Assembly: GCF_006345805.1 (NCBI RefSeq)
Contig: NC_043006.1
Coordinates: forward strand, 76,012,001 to 76,076,000
Reading direction: 5' to 3'
From: Octopus sinensis
Taxonomy: Eukaryota
Length of the DNA: 64,000 nt
Under the pieces are notes generated by a model, which was given only the letters and a program-made list of their open reading frames with translations, was not told the origin of the DNA and searched no databases. Positions 25,796 to 39,200 of this stretch are shown here, one piece after another (the first letter of the stretch is position 1; the number at the start of each line of letters is the position of its first letter). Position numbers and translations under genes: made by a program.

Positions 25796-26348
25796 TGTTG
25801 GTTTAAAACACTACAGATGGTTGTCCGTTAATATTTCCCTTCTTGTTACATCTGCTTTAGCGAAAGCGGAGGTATTGGTTTCAGTCATATTCGTTTGTGT
25901 GTTTGTTTCTCCGCGGTTAAGATATCTCAAGAGCCGCTGGATGGATTCGGATGAAACTTTCAGGGATGTTTGACCACATGACTGGCACGAACTCAATAGA
26001 TCTTAGGATCGATCCGGTACTGGACAAGGATTCTGGATTATTTTCCTCTTTTTCTAAATAATTTTTTAGAGCGGTCGGATTTATTTTTAGTATTCTCATG
26101 GGTGTGAGCAATCGAGTTTATTTCAGATATTCTTAGTTTTAAAAATCATCTTTGGCGAATCGTTGAGAGGACCTTTGTGTTTGCGCTCCCTAAGTGCTCT
26201 TGTTATCTTTATTTTACTGAGTGACAGGTGTATATCACCTAACTCTGCGACATATTTATCCTTTTCATGCCATGAGAGAACTTAACAGAAACAGTTCCCT
26301 TTAACACAGACACACACACATACACATCGCTAAAACACACGCGCTGAC

Positions 26349-26391
<43 letters not shown>

Positions 26392-26392
<1 letters not shown>

Positions 26393-26783
26393 TAATAAAT
26401 AAAATATATGCATATATACATACATATATGGGTACAGGACACCAAAAAAACGTCGAACACAATGAGAAACGAAAGCATAAACACAAAACCAAGGAACTGG
26501 ACATTTTTCTTAAACAACGAAAAAATAGACTACTGGACAAACGCAGAGTAGATGAAACCATGGCGACTGAAGAAGGGGAATTTTCCTTGTGTTATTTGTC
26601 CAGTACTCTATTTTTTCGTTGTTAAGAAAAATGTCCAGTTCCTTAGTTTTGTGTTTATGTTTTCATTTCTCATTGTGTTCGACGTTTTTTTGGTGTCCTG
26701 TACCCATATATGCATGTATATATACATGTAGAGGTAGGTACGTACATATATGTATGTATATATGCATACGTTTTATTTATTAA
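26392..26783. mobile_element. Family A element in foldback form (arms ~150-190 bp, loop ~54 nt)
   Basis: GGTACAGGACACCAAAAAAACGTCGAACACAATGAG... is inverted to CTCATTGTGTTCGACGTTTTTTTGGTGTCCTGTACC; loop contains GAAACCATGGCGACTGAAGAAGGGG. Confidence 0.85.
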
Positions 26784-26832
26784 TTTATTATATGGCGGAA
26801 CGCACGCATCCATTTCTAAGTAAGATTGTTCT

Positions 26833-26871
<39 letters not shown>

Positions 26872-26949
26872 GAGGGAATGTTATTCCAAACTTACAGTGA
26901 AAAATTCAATTTAGAAATACTAAATCAAATTTCACAAAATATAATATAT

Positions 26950-27222
26950 AAATATAAATTAGAAAAAACCCACCTTTTATCAATTCAACAATAAAAAACT
27001 AAATTATACCATCTAGAAAATTACATACTATAGAAAGATCAAATATAAAATAAAACATATAACGATGATTAAGTAATGTGCAAAACAAGGAATAAAACGT
27101 ATATATGCATTATATGCTTTATGTTATATTTGATCTTTCTATAGTATGTAATTTCGCTAATTGGTATACTTTAGTTTTCATTGTTGAATTGATAAAAGGT
27201 GTTTTTTTCTCATTTATATTTA
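26950..27222. repeat. Inverted repeat, ~113-bp arms, ~46-nt loop
   Basis: CACCTTTTATCAATTCAACAAT...AATTACATACTATAGAAAGATCAAATATAA is inverted to TTATATTTGATCTTTCTATAGTATGTAATT...ATTGTTGAATTGATAAAAGGTG. Confidence 0.85.
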
Positions 27223-28870
27223 TATATATATATGCACATACACATATATATGCGTGTGTATATAAATATAAAATGGAACTTTTATATATATATACATACA
27301 CACTTGAAGTAGAATATCCTTCCTAAATCCTCTTCCCTACTTGGGCCACCAGGCCTTATTCACCATAGCCATCAGTCAAAGTAAAACTGCCTGTCTTTCC
27401 TGCCAAAGTGGTGCAGAAGTGTAATCTTTACTATGGCTTCCGAATATGCTGACATGGCTCTCGCAAGTCCTAGTTCATGTTGGATGGTCTTCGAGGTATC
27501 TAACTTTCGTGGTATCGGCTAGAGTGCCAACACATACAGTAAGAACTCCCCCAAAATATATATTTTTGACGGACCTGGTACATGATACTGAACTGTTCTG
27601 ACAGATGGCATATGACATTACCTTACGTACAAGATTATCAATGACAAACGCCAAGCACTTTAAAACAAAATATTTAAAACTGCATGAAGTGGTCAAGTCT
27701 ATTACATCGAGTCTATACTTGACAGGTACTTCATTTTACCAACTTTGAAAGTCAAGAGTCCTTGGAATATTTTGGTCTGAGAGTGAGTAAAATATTGGAT
27801 AGTAGAACGTGCGTGTGTCCATGTGTGCGTGAGAGAGAGAAAGAGGGAGGGAGGGAGAGAGGATTGGAGAGAGGAAAGGGAGAGGCGAAACGAGAGAGAG
27901 TGAGAGAAAAACGAAAAAGAATGTGAAATCATTGCTTTGAAAAAAGAGTTTCAGCATCTGTTATAACTATAAAACGTTATTTGGAGTTTTGCTGTATTTC
28001 TGTAATATTTACACCCAGGTTAAACGCTCCATAAGTACTTCAGAAGCAACGTTGTCCGCTTTTAAGTTATGGAAATAGACTTATAAAAAAAGTAATAATG
28101 ATTTAATTCCAATATTGCTAACAATAGAAACTTGTTATGAAACATTTCTGAAATTGTTGAATCACTCAACCTAGAAATAACTATTTCCATTGATCTTATA
28201 ATTTAATTTAATTTTAAAATGATTCATCTTTACAAGTGTTGATTTGTTCATACTCTCAGAAACAGTTCAAATAATTTCTAAAATTAATATATGGCAATCT
28301 GTTAAGGAGATGCTTAAAATACTAAAATTTAGAAAAAAGGCAAAGAATAGAAAACAGAAATATTTGATATATTATTATAAATATTCTGGAAAGCAATAAG
28401 TGTAATATTCTGTTTACTGGTAAACTTGGTGAATCTGTTTATTTTTCTATAATTTAGACAAAATTGTTATTATTCTTTTTATAAGATAATGATGACGCAT
28501 ATATGAGTTTGTGGTTACAATAAATAATATGTTATGATCACAAAATTATAACTTCCAGAGTAGAAATAGAAATATTACAAGAAATTTCAGAACAACATAA
28601 ATGTTATGGAATGCATAAAAATTTTTTAAGCAAAGTAATCGCGGAAATGCTCTAAACAAGAAAAATATTATTCTCTGTTTGTAGCCATAACTATAAATAA
28701 AAGTTTACAAATAAAATAGGTAAGTCATAATGTTTGTAACGGCACTTCTTTGCATGACTACGTTAATCTAACGTTAGCAGAATACCATTAATGTATGACT
28801 AGAATATACTGTTTGAAATATTCTGTATCCTAACTTTGGTATTTACAAACAGACACTCTGTCTCTCTCTA

Positions 28871-28914
<44 letters not shown>

Positions 28915-29439
28915 ACCCAAAAACACTATTATCGAGATAAACTAAAATCATTTTGGATATTATTTCACACAGGTAACTTTAATAAACAGTTGGGTAAGTT
29001 TAAGCTACTGAGATTAGAGAAAAAAGTATTTTCTTTTTTTGTTAATGCTGCCATTTATATTTTAGTTCTTAATGCTGAGGCGAAAATGACATCTCGATGC
29101 AAAAATGACCTCAGCTCTCCACGGATTAGCTTCTGAGAGAATGTACTGTATGAAAGTAACGCAAACATCGAACAAAAGGTAACACAGTGTAAAATAAAAT
29201 AGTCAATGAACACATGAAGAAATTGTAGAAAGTGTAACCAAGAGAAATATAGTGCTTAATCACCTAGACATTTGATGACTAGAGCAACGGCAATACCACC
29301 CAAAAAGTTCCCACATTAAACGTAAATATGAACCCCGAGTTTTGTCTTTTGTAAGCATTTACTGAATGAACGAAAACCTACAGTCATTTTGATTACTTGT
29401 TCCATTAAAGAATAAGTAACAAAGAGACCTGGTTTATGT

Positions 29440-29640
29440 ATTTCTTTACTACCCACAAGGGGCTAAACACAGAGGGGACAAACAAGGACAGACAAACGGA
29501 TTAAGTCGATTACATCGACCCCAGTGCGTAAATCGTACTTAATTTATCGACCCCGAAAGGATGAAAGGCAAAGTCGACCTCGGCGGAATTTGAACCCAAA
29601 ACGTAACGGCAGAGGAAATACGGCTACGCATTTCGCCCGA
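29440..29640 (-). mobile_element. 5'-truncated SINE F1a with an imperfect ~17-bp target-site duplication
   Basis: AGAGACCTGGTTTATGT (29423-29439) versus AGAGACCTGATTTATAT (29641-29657). Confidence 0.85.
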
Positions 29641-29987
29641 AGAGACCTGATTTATATTCTTCGTGAAGGATTCTTTATTAAAACAGAGAGTGCATTTGTC
29701 ACAATATGTGTGCTCATTAAAACTGGGGTCGGAAAGAGAGCACGAGTTAAAATTTGTATATTAGTGGACTTTTCAAACTTTACAATAGATACAATGTCTT
29801 AACTATTTACCGTTTTTATGCTCATTTATATTTATTCTATTAAAATTTGTGCATCGTATCTCTAATCCCATCGTTTATGTATAAAAAATCTCTTACAAAC
29901 CGCGTGTCTGTTTCGTCCCACCTATTTAATGTTCATTGAAATATATTGTATATCTGTCTGACTTTGTGGTAGATAACGTATCGTTTT

Positions 29988-31280
29988 TGTTGTTGTTATG
30001 TGATGAAAATTCACAGCTTGTATTGCTGGGTATGATGGAAAGCGTCAGCTATCCACAGCCAGCAGACTAAGGTATTTGGTCATCCTTCATGAACTCTGCG
30101 ACGAATTCTCTCTGTTCCAAGCGATGATAATTTTTTGCAGGTGTTTTACCTTCACACTTGCACCTATCTTTTTCAGCCATGTTAGTATCTGAGTGTTGAT
30201 ACCTTCAAGTGCACCAATTACGATTGGTATCACATCTACCCTCTTCATTGATCATAACCTTCGTATTTCCCACTTCAAATCGTCCTAGTTGTTCAATGTT
30301 TATTCTTTCACATTAAAACTGCTGTCACCGGGGCATGTTATGTCGATTATATATAATAATGAAATTATTGTATAGTGCTCAGGTGCTCCACAAGCACCAC
30401 AAGCTCAGGTGCACCATTATCATACATGTTCTTCCTTTTTTTATTCACCACAACAAAGTCTGGTTTCCGATGTCTGGTCGGGTGATTGCACTGGATCATT
30501 GTATCCTACAGGATTTTGCAATTCTCATTCTCGGTGACTCCTTCTGGAGTTTAATCATACTACGCCTATGCACTTTGTAGGCCGTGATTTTTACAGAGCT
30601 CCTAATGGATCATTCTTGCCACATTGTTGTGGCATGTTTTGCATTCGCGTTGTTCCAATTTCGGGCACTCGCTAACAATGCACCATACCGTTTCGACCCT
30701 CTCACCACATATTCTGCATTTGTTGCTCTCGATAGTGTTGTCTATTCTGCACTTCATATAGTTGGTCCTTACCGCTTGTTCCTCAGCTGCCTATATGAGG
30801 GCTTCTGTCTCTATCTTTAGGTTACTCCTCATCCATAGCTACCATTTTTCTTTCGTTACACAATTTTCAGTTTTTATGACGTCGGACTTCTTCATGTGTT
30901 GCAACAGTGGCTCCGCGGAACTTTTTTATATAACACCCTAAGCTATTTCCCTATGCTTCCATATACTCATATCAAAACTCTCCAGCCCTTCTGGATAAGT
31001 ACAGCTTATCAGTGTCACTCTTTGGATGGAAGGCTCTGTATACTGTTAACATTTTTCTGGTCTTGGTATCCATTTTCTTCATTTCCCTCTTTTGCCATTT
31101 TATAATTCCCGTTCCATACCGAAGTGATGCTGTCGCCCACGTATTAACTGCTTGGATTTTATTCCGTCCATTCAATTTTGAGCGAAACGCTAACCTCAGT
31201 CTTCGGAAATATATTCCGTTCTTAGTTCCTCTTTCATTTCCTTTTCTATTATCTCGTTGAACTCTAGTATACCAAGGTAT
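29988..31280 (-). mobile_element. R4/Dong-clade non-LTR retrotransposon, degenerate 3' part (post-RT region, CCHC finger, REL endonuclease, 3'UTR)
   Basis: YFRRLRLAFRSKLNGRNKIQAVNTWA...MDTKTRKMLTVYRAFHPKSDTDKLYLSRR; CRICGERVETVWCIVSEC; PIVIGALEG...LGTERIRRRV; (AAC)n tail. Confidence 0.85.
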
Positions 31281-31942
31281 ATTATTATTATTATTATTCT
31301 TTTCGTTCAACCAGTATTTAATTGTTTAGTTACGACAGGAGTCGTAGATATACAGTTGCATCATACTGTTTCGAAAACTGTAATATCTTAGTGTATAAAA
31401 TGCAGACCACACGCCTCAAGCAAACGGTTGTTTTGAAACCAAAATTTTGAATGTCGTGAAACATCTTATTAATGAATTTAGAAGCATTAATGATGCAGTC
31501 CAAACACAAAGGATTAATTTGAAGTTATCACATATCGTTAATAATGAATATCAAACTTGAACATAGTCGTGTGCTTAGTATATGCTTGGAAGAATAGCTG
31601 TTCTTTATTTACACACACACACACACGCAAGCACACACCATTTTTACTTACCCACATTTTCGCTATACACACATCTGTACGTGTAAGCGGTTTCCCTATT
31701 TCGTTAAGAGATACATTGTCGTTCCTTGGCATTGATAAATCGATTCGACTATATGCTTTTAAACTAATTGTTTTTGACGAGTTGTTATGGTGATTTGAAT
31801 CAGTTTCCTTATCTGTTCGGTGAGCACATCCGGTATTTTTGTTCCCTGAGACATTTTGTTATGCCCTCCTGGTACTTTTTCTCTGCATATATTCCATTAT
31901 CTAGGCATAGTCTTCGAAGTAGAAAACTGTCATGTATCACTA

Positions 31943-32187
31943 TACAGGGTAGGGCAGAGAGGACGGGCGGTTTTGACGTGGCTATTATTCAGCCGCTGGG
32001 GGAAGGACATATGATCAACAAGTACCATTAAGTCCGTGGTGTCGTAGCAATTTTTTCCAGGTATGGCCATGGCGCTGTGGACGATAGAGCATCGCGTGTT
32101 TGCCTACGACAGTTACGTGAAGAATAACGGGTCTGTCACAGCTGTTAAGTTTACGTTTCGGCGCCACTTCCGCATTCACCGAAATCA

Positions 32188-32219
<32 letters not shown>

Positions 32220-32400
32220 GTATATATATATTTGGTCGCTTGTGCGGCTTTGCGTCTATGTGCATATGTGTGTGTATATGCGTGTGAGAGTATTTGCGTG
32301 TGTGTGTGTATGTGCGTGTGCGTGTGTGCGTGCGTACGTCCTGTGGCAAGAAATACTATCGCCAAACAGGTTAAGAAATGGCGTCAATCGTACGGAATCG
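31943..32400 (+). mobile_element. Tc1/mariner-superfamily fragment: TA-CAGGGT end plus N-terminal HTH (DUF4817-like), split by a microsatellite
   Basis: MAMALWTIEHRVFAYDSYVKNNGSVTAVKFTFRRHFRIHRNQ then, after 32190-32338, RPVARNTIAKQVKKWRQ. Confidence 0.7.
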
Positions 32401-32779
32401 CCAGCGTCCAAACACCAGCGCTCAATCGTCTTCGTAGATGTCTCACATTTTTCGGTCTTGTTTATCAAACCCACTCATACCGTTTTAATTACTGACTTTT
32501 ATTTGAATTGACCTTTACGAACACCAGAAACAATATGCTTCATATTTTTATTTATGTTATTCGTACAATGTATTTGCGTACTATTTTCTATATTCATATT
32601 GGAAATTTTATAGTACTCCATGTAATAATTTAATATTGATTTTTTAGTTTGTAAATTCCTTCCCTGTGGAGCTTTAAATTTCACTAACTTCCAATTTATT
32701 ACTTTAATTTCACAAACTCCCAATATATTATTGGCATTTGTATTACATCCTGTTGTGAATATTAAAATTGTATATAAGG

Positions 32780-32960
32780 TAGCGAGTTACCTGAATCGTT
32801 AGCACGCCGGACCAAATGCTTAACAGCACTTCACCTGTCTTTTTGTTCTGATTTCAAATTTCACCGAGTCTGAATTTCCCTTTCCTCCTTTCGGGGTTGA
32901 TCTAATCGACTTAGACCCATTCCCTGCATTTTCTGGCGTTTTGTCAAACTTTGAAGCTAA
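32780..32960 (+). mobile_element. Degenerate SINE F1
   Basis: ggtagcgagttacctgaatcgttagcacgccgg...tttcctcctttcggggttgat. Confidence 0.7.
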
Positions 32961-33686
32961 TAGCACAACTGTAGCTCAATGCATAAACGCTGAAATATTA
33001 ATGCATATTTCCCCCATGATCTCTACTTCATATCGTACTCTCAATTCTTTGTTTAACCCACTCATATCACGGTTCTATTATCTAACATAATATTAACGAT
33101 GAGAATATATCTCAAGATTCTTACCAGCACTGGCTCTCCAAGAACTACTTGGATATTTAAGCCAGAAATTTTAAACGTACTCAATATAGTGTAATTTCAA
33201 ATCGGTTGTATTCGTATTATCAGTATTAAAGTTCTAGGGTTGTTATTCCTCCCTTTCATTATTCGGTTCTTGCCTATGCTGTCTTTGACAGTTTTGTAGG
33301 GAGACATACATGAAAATTAAATGCAATGAAGGAATTATATGCTTCTCATGCTCTTTTGATTGCACTACCATGAATTTCTCCACCCTCCCCCAGATTCGCC
33401 ATAAAACATGTTATATTTTCTATGATGTGTATTTAAAAAATAATATTATACTAATAATTCATTTATATCATTTTAATTTTGATCTCCCTTCCTCCTTCTC
33501 TCTCTCTCTCTCATATATATATTTAGATATATATATATATATATACTTTGGGTATGGTAGATGAGTTCGGCAAAAAATTAGATTAAGATGAATAAGGTAC
33601 GGGTCATCTACCCCAAGATGCCGGTATGTTATAGTCTACGCGCTCATCGGGGTGCTCTGGCTTCTATAGTGGGCAACGCCACCGCC

Positions 33687-33796
<110 letters not shown>

Positions 33797-34513
33797 AAAG
33801 GAAAGAATAGAGTCAAAAGGGAGAGAGTGTACGATTAAACAGCCGTTCAATGACCATTCCATATGTTTCGATAACACATAGATCCACATATATACAGGAT
33901 TTAAATTTAAATTAAGTACTAGTTTACCTGTATAATAGGACATAGTTGTATCTCCTCAGGTGATATAAAATCGCTATCTCCGTAAGTAAATATTTGATTT
34001 CGATACTATCACATTCAACTGGCTCCTTTGAATCTAGCAGACGCTAACAGTTCCAATCCGCTCGCTGTGAGCGTGACTCTTCACGCTCGACATGAGCGAC
34101 ATTGTGTACGTTATCTGTTTATTTTGTTCCACCTGTTAGGCTGCACATGCTAAATTTTATTATTTCGCAAGTACACTCACACATACGCTCATACTAATAC
34201 AATTACTCACACATAGGCATGTCACTACATCTTTGGGCATCCCCATACATATATACAGATGCACGCCCACACGCACATACCGATCAACAAACACATTTAC
34301 ACCTATACATAGACACACTTACATTTATCTACTCATATTCATGTACATATTTATATCGTTGGACGCTCCGTCATAAATACACACATCCCTATACAGATGT
34401 ATCTGGTAATTCTAAGGGTGAACGGGCTCTATTTTGTACTGTAATACGTTCCTAACAGAATACACCTCAACGATACACACACGTACACACACACACACAT
34501 ACACACACACACA

Positions 34514-34553
<40 letters not shown>

Positions 34554-34555
<2 letters not shown>

Positions 34556-34680
34556 CCGAAATTACTACGATGATCCGGTTCTTGACTGAAGACTGAGGGT
34601 TTCGAATGTCCTGTCCGTGTTTATTGTATCGTCTTCTAAGAGTTATACGTTCTTGTCCATGTTGTATTTTTCTACATACC

Positions 34681-34690
<10 letters not shown>
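34554..34690 (+). mobile_element. Truncated copy of the 777-bp repeat family (family B)
   Basis: CAGCCGAAATTACTACGATGATCCGGTTCTTGACTGAAGACTGAGGGTTTCGAATGTCC matches the reverse complement of 44886-44948. Confidence 0.85.
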
Positions 34691-34757
<67 letters not shown>

Positions 34758-34869
34758 TATTGTAGTTCGCTTGAAGCATTATGTATTGTTTGTAAAATAT
34801 AATGTGTCTTGAATGGCACAACAATGCACTACAATAACAAAAATGGACAATAATAGCTGTTATAACTTA

Positions 34870-35212
34870 GAGTGGATGTGTGGTAAGTAGCTTGCTTACC
34901 AACTACATGGTTCTGGGTTAAGTCCCACTGTATGGCAACTTGGGCAAGTGTCTTCTACTAGGGCCTCGGGTCAACCAAAACCTGGTGAGCGGATTTGGTA
35001 GACGGAAATTGAAATAACGTATATATGTATATGTATATATATATGTGTGTGTGTTTGTGTATCTGTGTTTGTCCCCCCAACATCACTGGACAACCGGTAC
35101 TAGCGTGTTTACGTCCCTGTAACTTAACGGTTCGGCAAAAGAAACCGCTAGAATAAGTACTAGGCTTAACAAAGAATAAGTCCTGGGGTCGAATAAAAGA
35201 GTAAAAGAGTCT
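34870..35212 (+). mobile_element. SINE F2 with internal microsatellite
   Basis: GTGGATGTGTGGTAAGTAGCTTGCTTACC head; CGGTTCGGCAAAAGAAACCGCTAGAATAAGTACTAGGC tail. Confidence 0.85.
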
Positions 35213-35938
35213 GATATAATATTTCGGAATACAAAAATTCCAACTTCAAATAATCCCTGGCGGTTGCGAACTCGACCTGGTCCAGGCGTAAAGATAAGAG
35301 AGTATTGCAGTACACTTGAATCATTGTGTATTGTGTATTCAAGAAACATCATATTTTAAAAACAATACACTGTTCTTCATGAAGGCGCGTGGCTTAGTGG
35401 TAAGGGTGTCAGCTCCATGATCGTAAGATTGTAATTTCGATTCCTGGACCGGGTGACGCTTTGTGTTCTTGAGCAAATCACTTCATTTCACGTTGCTCCA
35501 GTCCATTGAAACCGTGTCCACGAGCCTAGCTAGACTTTAAAAGAGCGCATTTATTTTTTAGTCGAGGCGCGTGGCTTAGTGGTTAAGGTGTCAGCATCAT
35601 GATCGTAAGATTGTGATTTCGATTCCTGGACTGGGCGACGCGTTGTGTTCTTGAGCAAATCACTTCATTTCACGTTGCTCCAGTCCACTCAACTGGCAAA
35701 AATGAGTAACGCTGCAATGGACTGGCGTCCCGTTCAGCTGGGGAACACATCGCCATAGAAACCGGGAAACCGGGCCCATGAGACTGGCTAGGCTTTAAAA
35801 GGGCGCATTTATTATTTTTACACAGTTATTCAAGTGAACTACAATACACTCCTATCTCTACACCTGGGCCAGACCGAGTTCGCAACAGCTAGGGAGTATC
35901 TGAAGAAGTAATTTTTGTATTCCGAAACATTATATCAG
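35211..35938. mobile_element. MITE-like element with ~120-bp inverted arms enclosing two F3 SINEs
   Basis: 35211-35330 is approximately the reverse complement of 35821-35938. Confidence 0.75.
35384..35815 (+). mobile_element. Two tandem tRNA-derived SINEs, family F3 (35384-35558 internally deleted; 35566-35815)
   Basis: GGCGCGTGGCTTAGTGG...TTCGATTCCTGGAC head occurs twice; shared ending CTAGxCTTTAAAAGxGCGCATTTATT. Confidence 0.85.
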
Positions 35939-36016
35939 TCTATGGACGATTAAATTATAACAGTTATTATAGTTCATTGTTGTTGTTATATTGCATCGTT
36001 TTTGCCATTCAAGGCA

Positions 36017-36058
<42 letters not shown>

Positions 36059-36210
36059 AAAGTAAAGGCTATTTGCCAACATAATGTAGCTGACCTGGAA
36101 TTGTTACTGTTGTCTAGCCCCAGGAAACATCGTTTCCAGTTGGCTATACGACACAATATCTGTGTCCTTATATTTTCGAATAAGGAGTTCAATCTTTGCT
36201 TCTCACCACA

Positions 36211-36292
<82 letters not shown>

Positions 36293-39200
36293 CGTGCGTG
36301 CGTGCGTTTGTATGCGTGTCTGTGTGTGTGTATGTATATATGTATATTTCTGTATGTTTGTGTGTATGTGTGTGTGTGGTGTAACTTGGTTGATATACCT
36401 TTGTGACGCTGGTGTTTACAGATTCAAGCATTTGGAATATTTTTATTGCACTCTCTTGCCATTATGTTTTTTTAATATTCCTGTTATATAATTACGTACT
36501 ATTTTTATTCCAGGGCGGTATTCGACAAGTATTCGAAATCTATCGATTTTCACATTTTTATTAGTTTTATTTTGCAAATTACGAAATAAAAAAATGTTCT
36601 ATAGTTATATTATTAAATTCATCTGGTTTTTATTTTTAATGGTGATTTCTGGTTTAACATTTTTGCCAATAGTCTATAAATGTACAAGAATTTAATTTTG
36701 CTATGCTTTTGGATTTCATCTGTTTATATTACTCGTTCTATGTATAGGTTTTATGATTTACGTTAACAATTTTTATAATAATGCCTAGAAATGTTTTATT
36801 TATACTTACGCATTCTTCTTTTCTGTTTTTCACTTGTTTATATTATTTTGGTTATGTATTATTTGCTTAGCATTTCAAATATCATCTTTAAAATATTTAG
36901 GCTTTAAGTTTCATGTTTCTTAAATTCGTAGTTATCCAAATCTACAACCAAATCAGGTTTATTTCTATTCCTATAATACATGTCTATACTAAGGTAGTGT
37001 TCTTTTTCAATAAGTGCATCTATCATATATACATTTAGTCTGGTAGTATAATCCTTCTGGATCAATACATACGTTACACTCAAACACTGGATATCTGAAT
37101 GGCACTGAGGCAAACCTTTCCTATTTAGCCGAAAATAGACCTTAGAATAAAATACTCATATTTATAAGAATATACCAGAATTTACGCACATAAAAACCGG
37201 AATACGAAAGCATTCTTACTTCAACTCCACATTTTATGTGCCTAATAATAATCCTTGCAAACTATTGTTCTATTTGGTTCAAATATCACGCTCTTGTATA
37301 CATCATTATAAATTTCGAACACGCCAGTCTATCAAGGGAACAGTGTTAACGATGTATTTTTTATCACTTCTAAAGATTACACTCCAAACCTATCTTCATA
37401 GACTATCCATATTTTTCACTAATATTCCAGTACTATCCTGCGAGATACCTATCATAAATTTTGGGGAAAAGTTTATTTTGAATCTCCATCCATAATCCAA
37501 GTACGTGTCTGATGATTCACCACGCCCAACAAATCTCGTTTCCAAATTCTCAAATGAAGTTATTGCAGAGGCCGTCAATCATTAACTTCAATTAAAGTTT
37601 GCATTCTTGTTTTTCAGAATCAATCAATATTGATTCTCTACAAATGTAAGCGATCACCCACATTCTTGCTCCTTTATCATGATTATTCACAATTTAGAAG
37701 TTCGTAACTTCAATGTCAATGCACTTCACAGATTTTAACTATATTTTGGTTTCCGCGATATTTAATAAAATTGCATATCTATTGTCTAGATGTTTTCGGA
37801 TTAGATGCGTCAGATAGAACCCTATCATTTTTGTGTGCTTCGGCAAAAGTTTCTCCTGTCACTACATTATTAAACGTAAGATATTTCAAGATTCATTACA
37901 TAGTACAATCTGCTTCTATCCTTACTGATTTGCTTGCAGTCATTTTTAATAATACCTTCTCATATTTGCATGATACTGCGATTCAGGCTTACCCAACATT
38001 CTACATGCGGCAGTAATTCATAACATTAAACATCTCTACGATATAAAACTATTTAATCTATGAATCAACACATCTTCAATGCATCTATCAAGTATGACGT
38101 TTTCTGTTCAAACGGCGCCAAGCGGTAGCCACTACACATATTAAGGAAACAAAATCTAGACCTGACACACTTAAGACATAAATAACTGCAAGGAAATGCA
38201 GAATCGTTACAAGCATTGAGGACCCCACAGCACTTGCTAAGCTTTCATAGTGATCCCATACTTTTCTATAATGTCTAATTGTGGTTGGTGAGAACGCAAG
38301 TGATGGGCGTAGACAGATTATTATCAGACAAAATGGTAAGAAGCAGCAAACATATCAACAGTGTCAGTGTTACTGTCAGTTTAAGCTTTAGCATCTTAAT
38401 AGCGGCAATCATCAACTACTTAAATACAATTAGCAATGTGGTTGGTAGTGAAACAGCGCTAAGTGCAATTTACAATGATGTGGTCTGAAATTGAAATAAA
38501 CGAGAAATAAAAATATGCAGAGAAAAGCACATAAAAGTTACAAATAAATATCAATCAGTTTCTACGTAATTTTGAAAGACAGCGTGAATCTTTGCTGACT
38601 GTATAAAACGTGTCTTCTTTTAAGTATCTGTTTTTTTTTTTTATCCATGCAAATGTCTTCTCAAAATGTTAATGTTTGTCACCAGAAGACAAAACTTATT
38701 AAGGTTACTATTATTTTCTTAGAGAAGATGATGCTGTCACTTGTCTGTTCAGATTTTAAAGTTTGACTCTACTATCTCAGAAAGATCTATAATCCAATGC
38801 TAACACATGTCTGCATTTGGAAGGTAGTTATGACTTGGAATGGTAATTTGGGTGATCAGACTTGCATATACGCTTATATTGTTTGATAACAGATATGTGT
38901 TGATCAATATCCCGCACAAAAATCACGAGACTAACATCAACTAGCCCACCCCTTTATAATATTCATCTCATTAATAGCAATGATAAATGATTAGGCACAC
39001 TCTTTGGTTGCTTAGAGAGAGAAAGTAGTCATAGACCAGATGGCAATTTAAACTGGATGCTGAATTAAATCTATCAACTAAGCGTTGAAAATCTTCCTCT
39101 GATGGCTTTCTACAAACTTTCTATCCACTAAAGTCACAATTTTGGTCTGCCAACATTACTGCACAAGAAAACACACCAAAATATTGCGAAGAGGGATCGA

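Noticed and set aside
27400-27740. Protein-like text starting MASEYADMALAS
   Set aside because: Short, stop-ridden and with no recognisable motif; not supportable without a search
35384-35460. tRNA-like sequences (F1-F4 heads)
   Set aside because: They have A/B boxes but no complete cloverleaf or acceptor stem, and they run into SINE bodies; not tRNA genes
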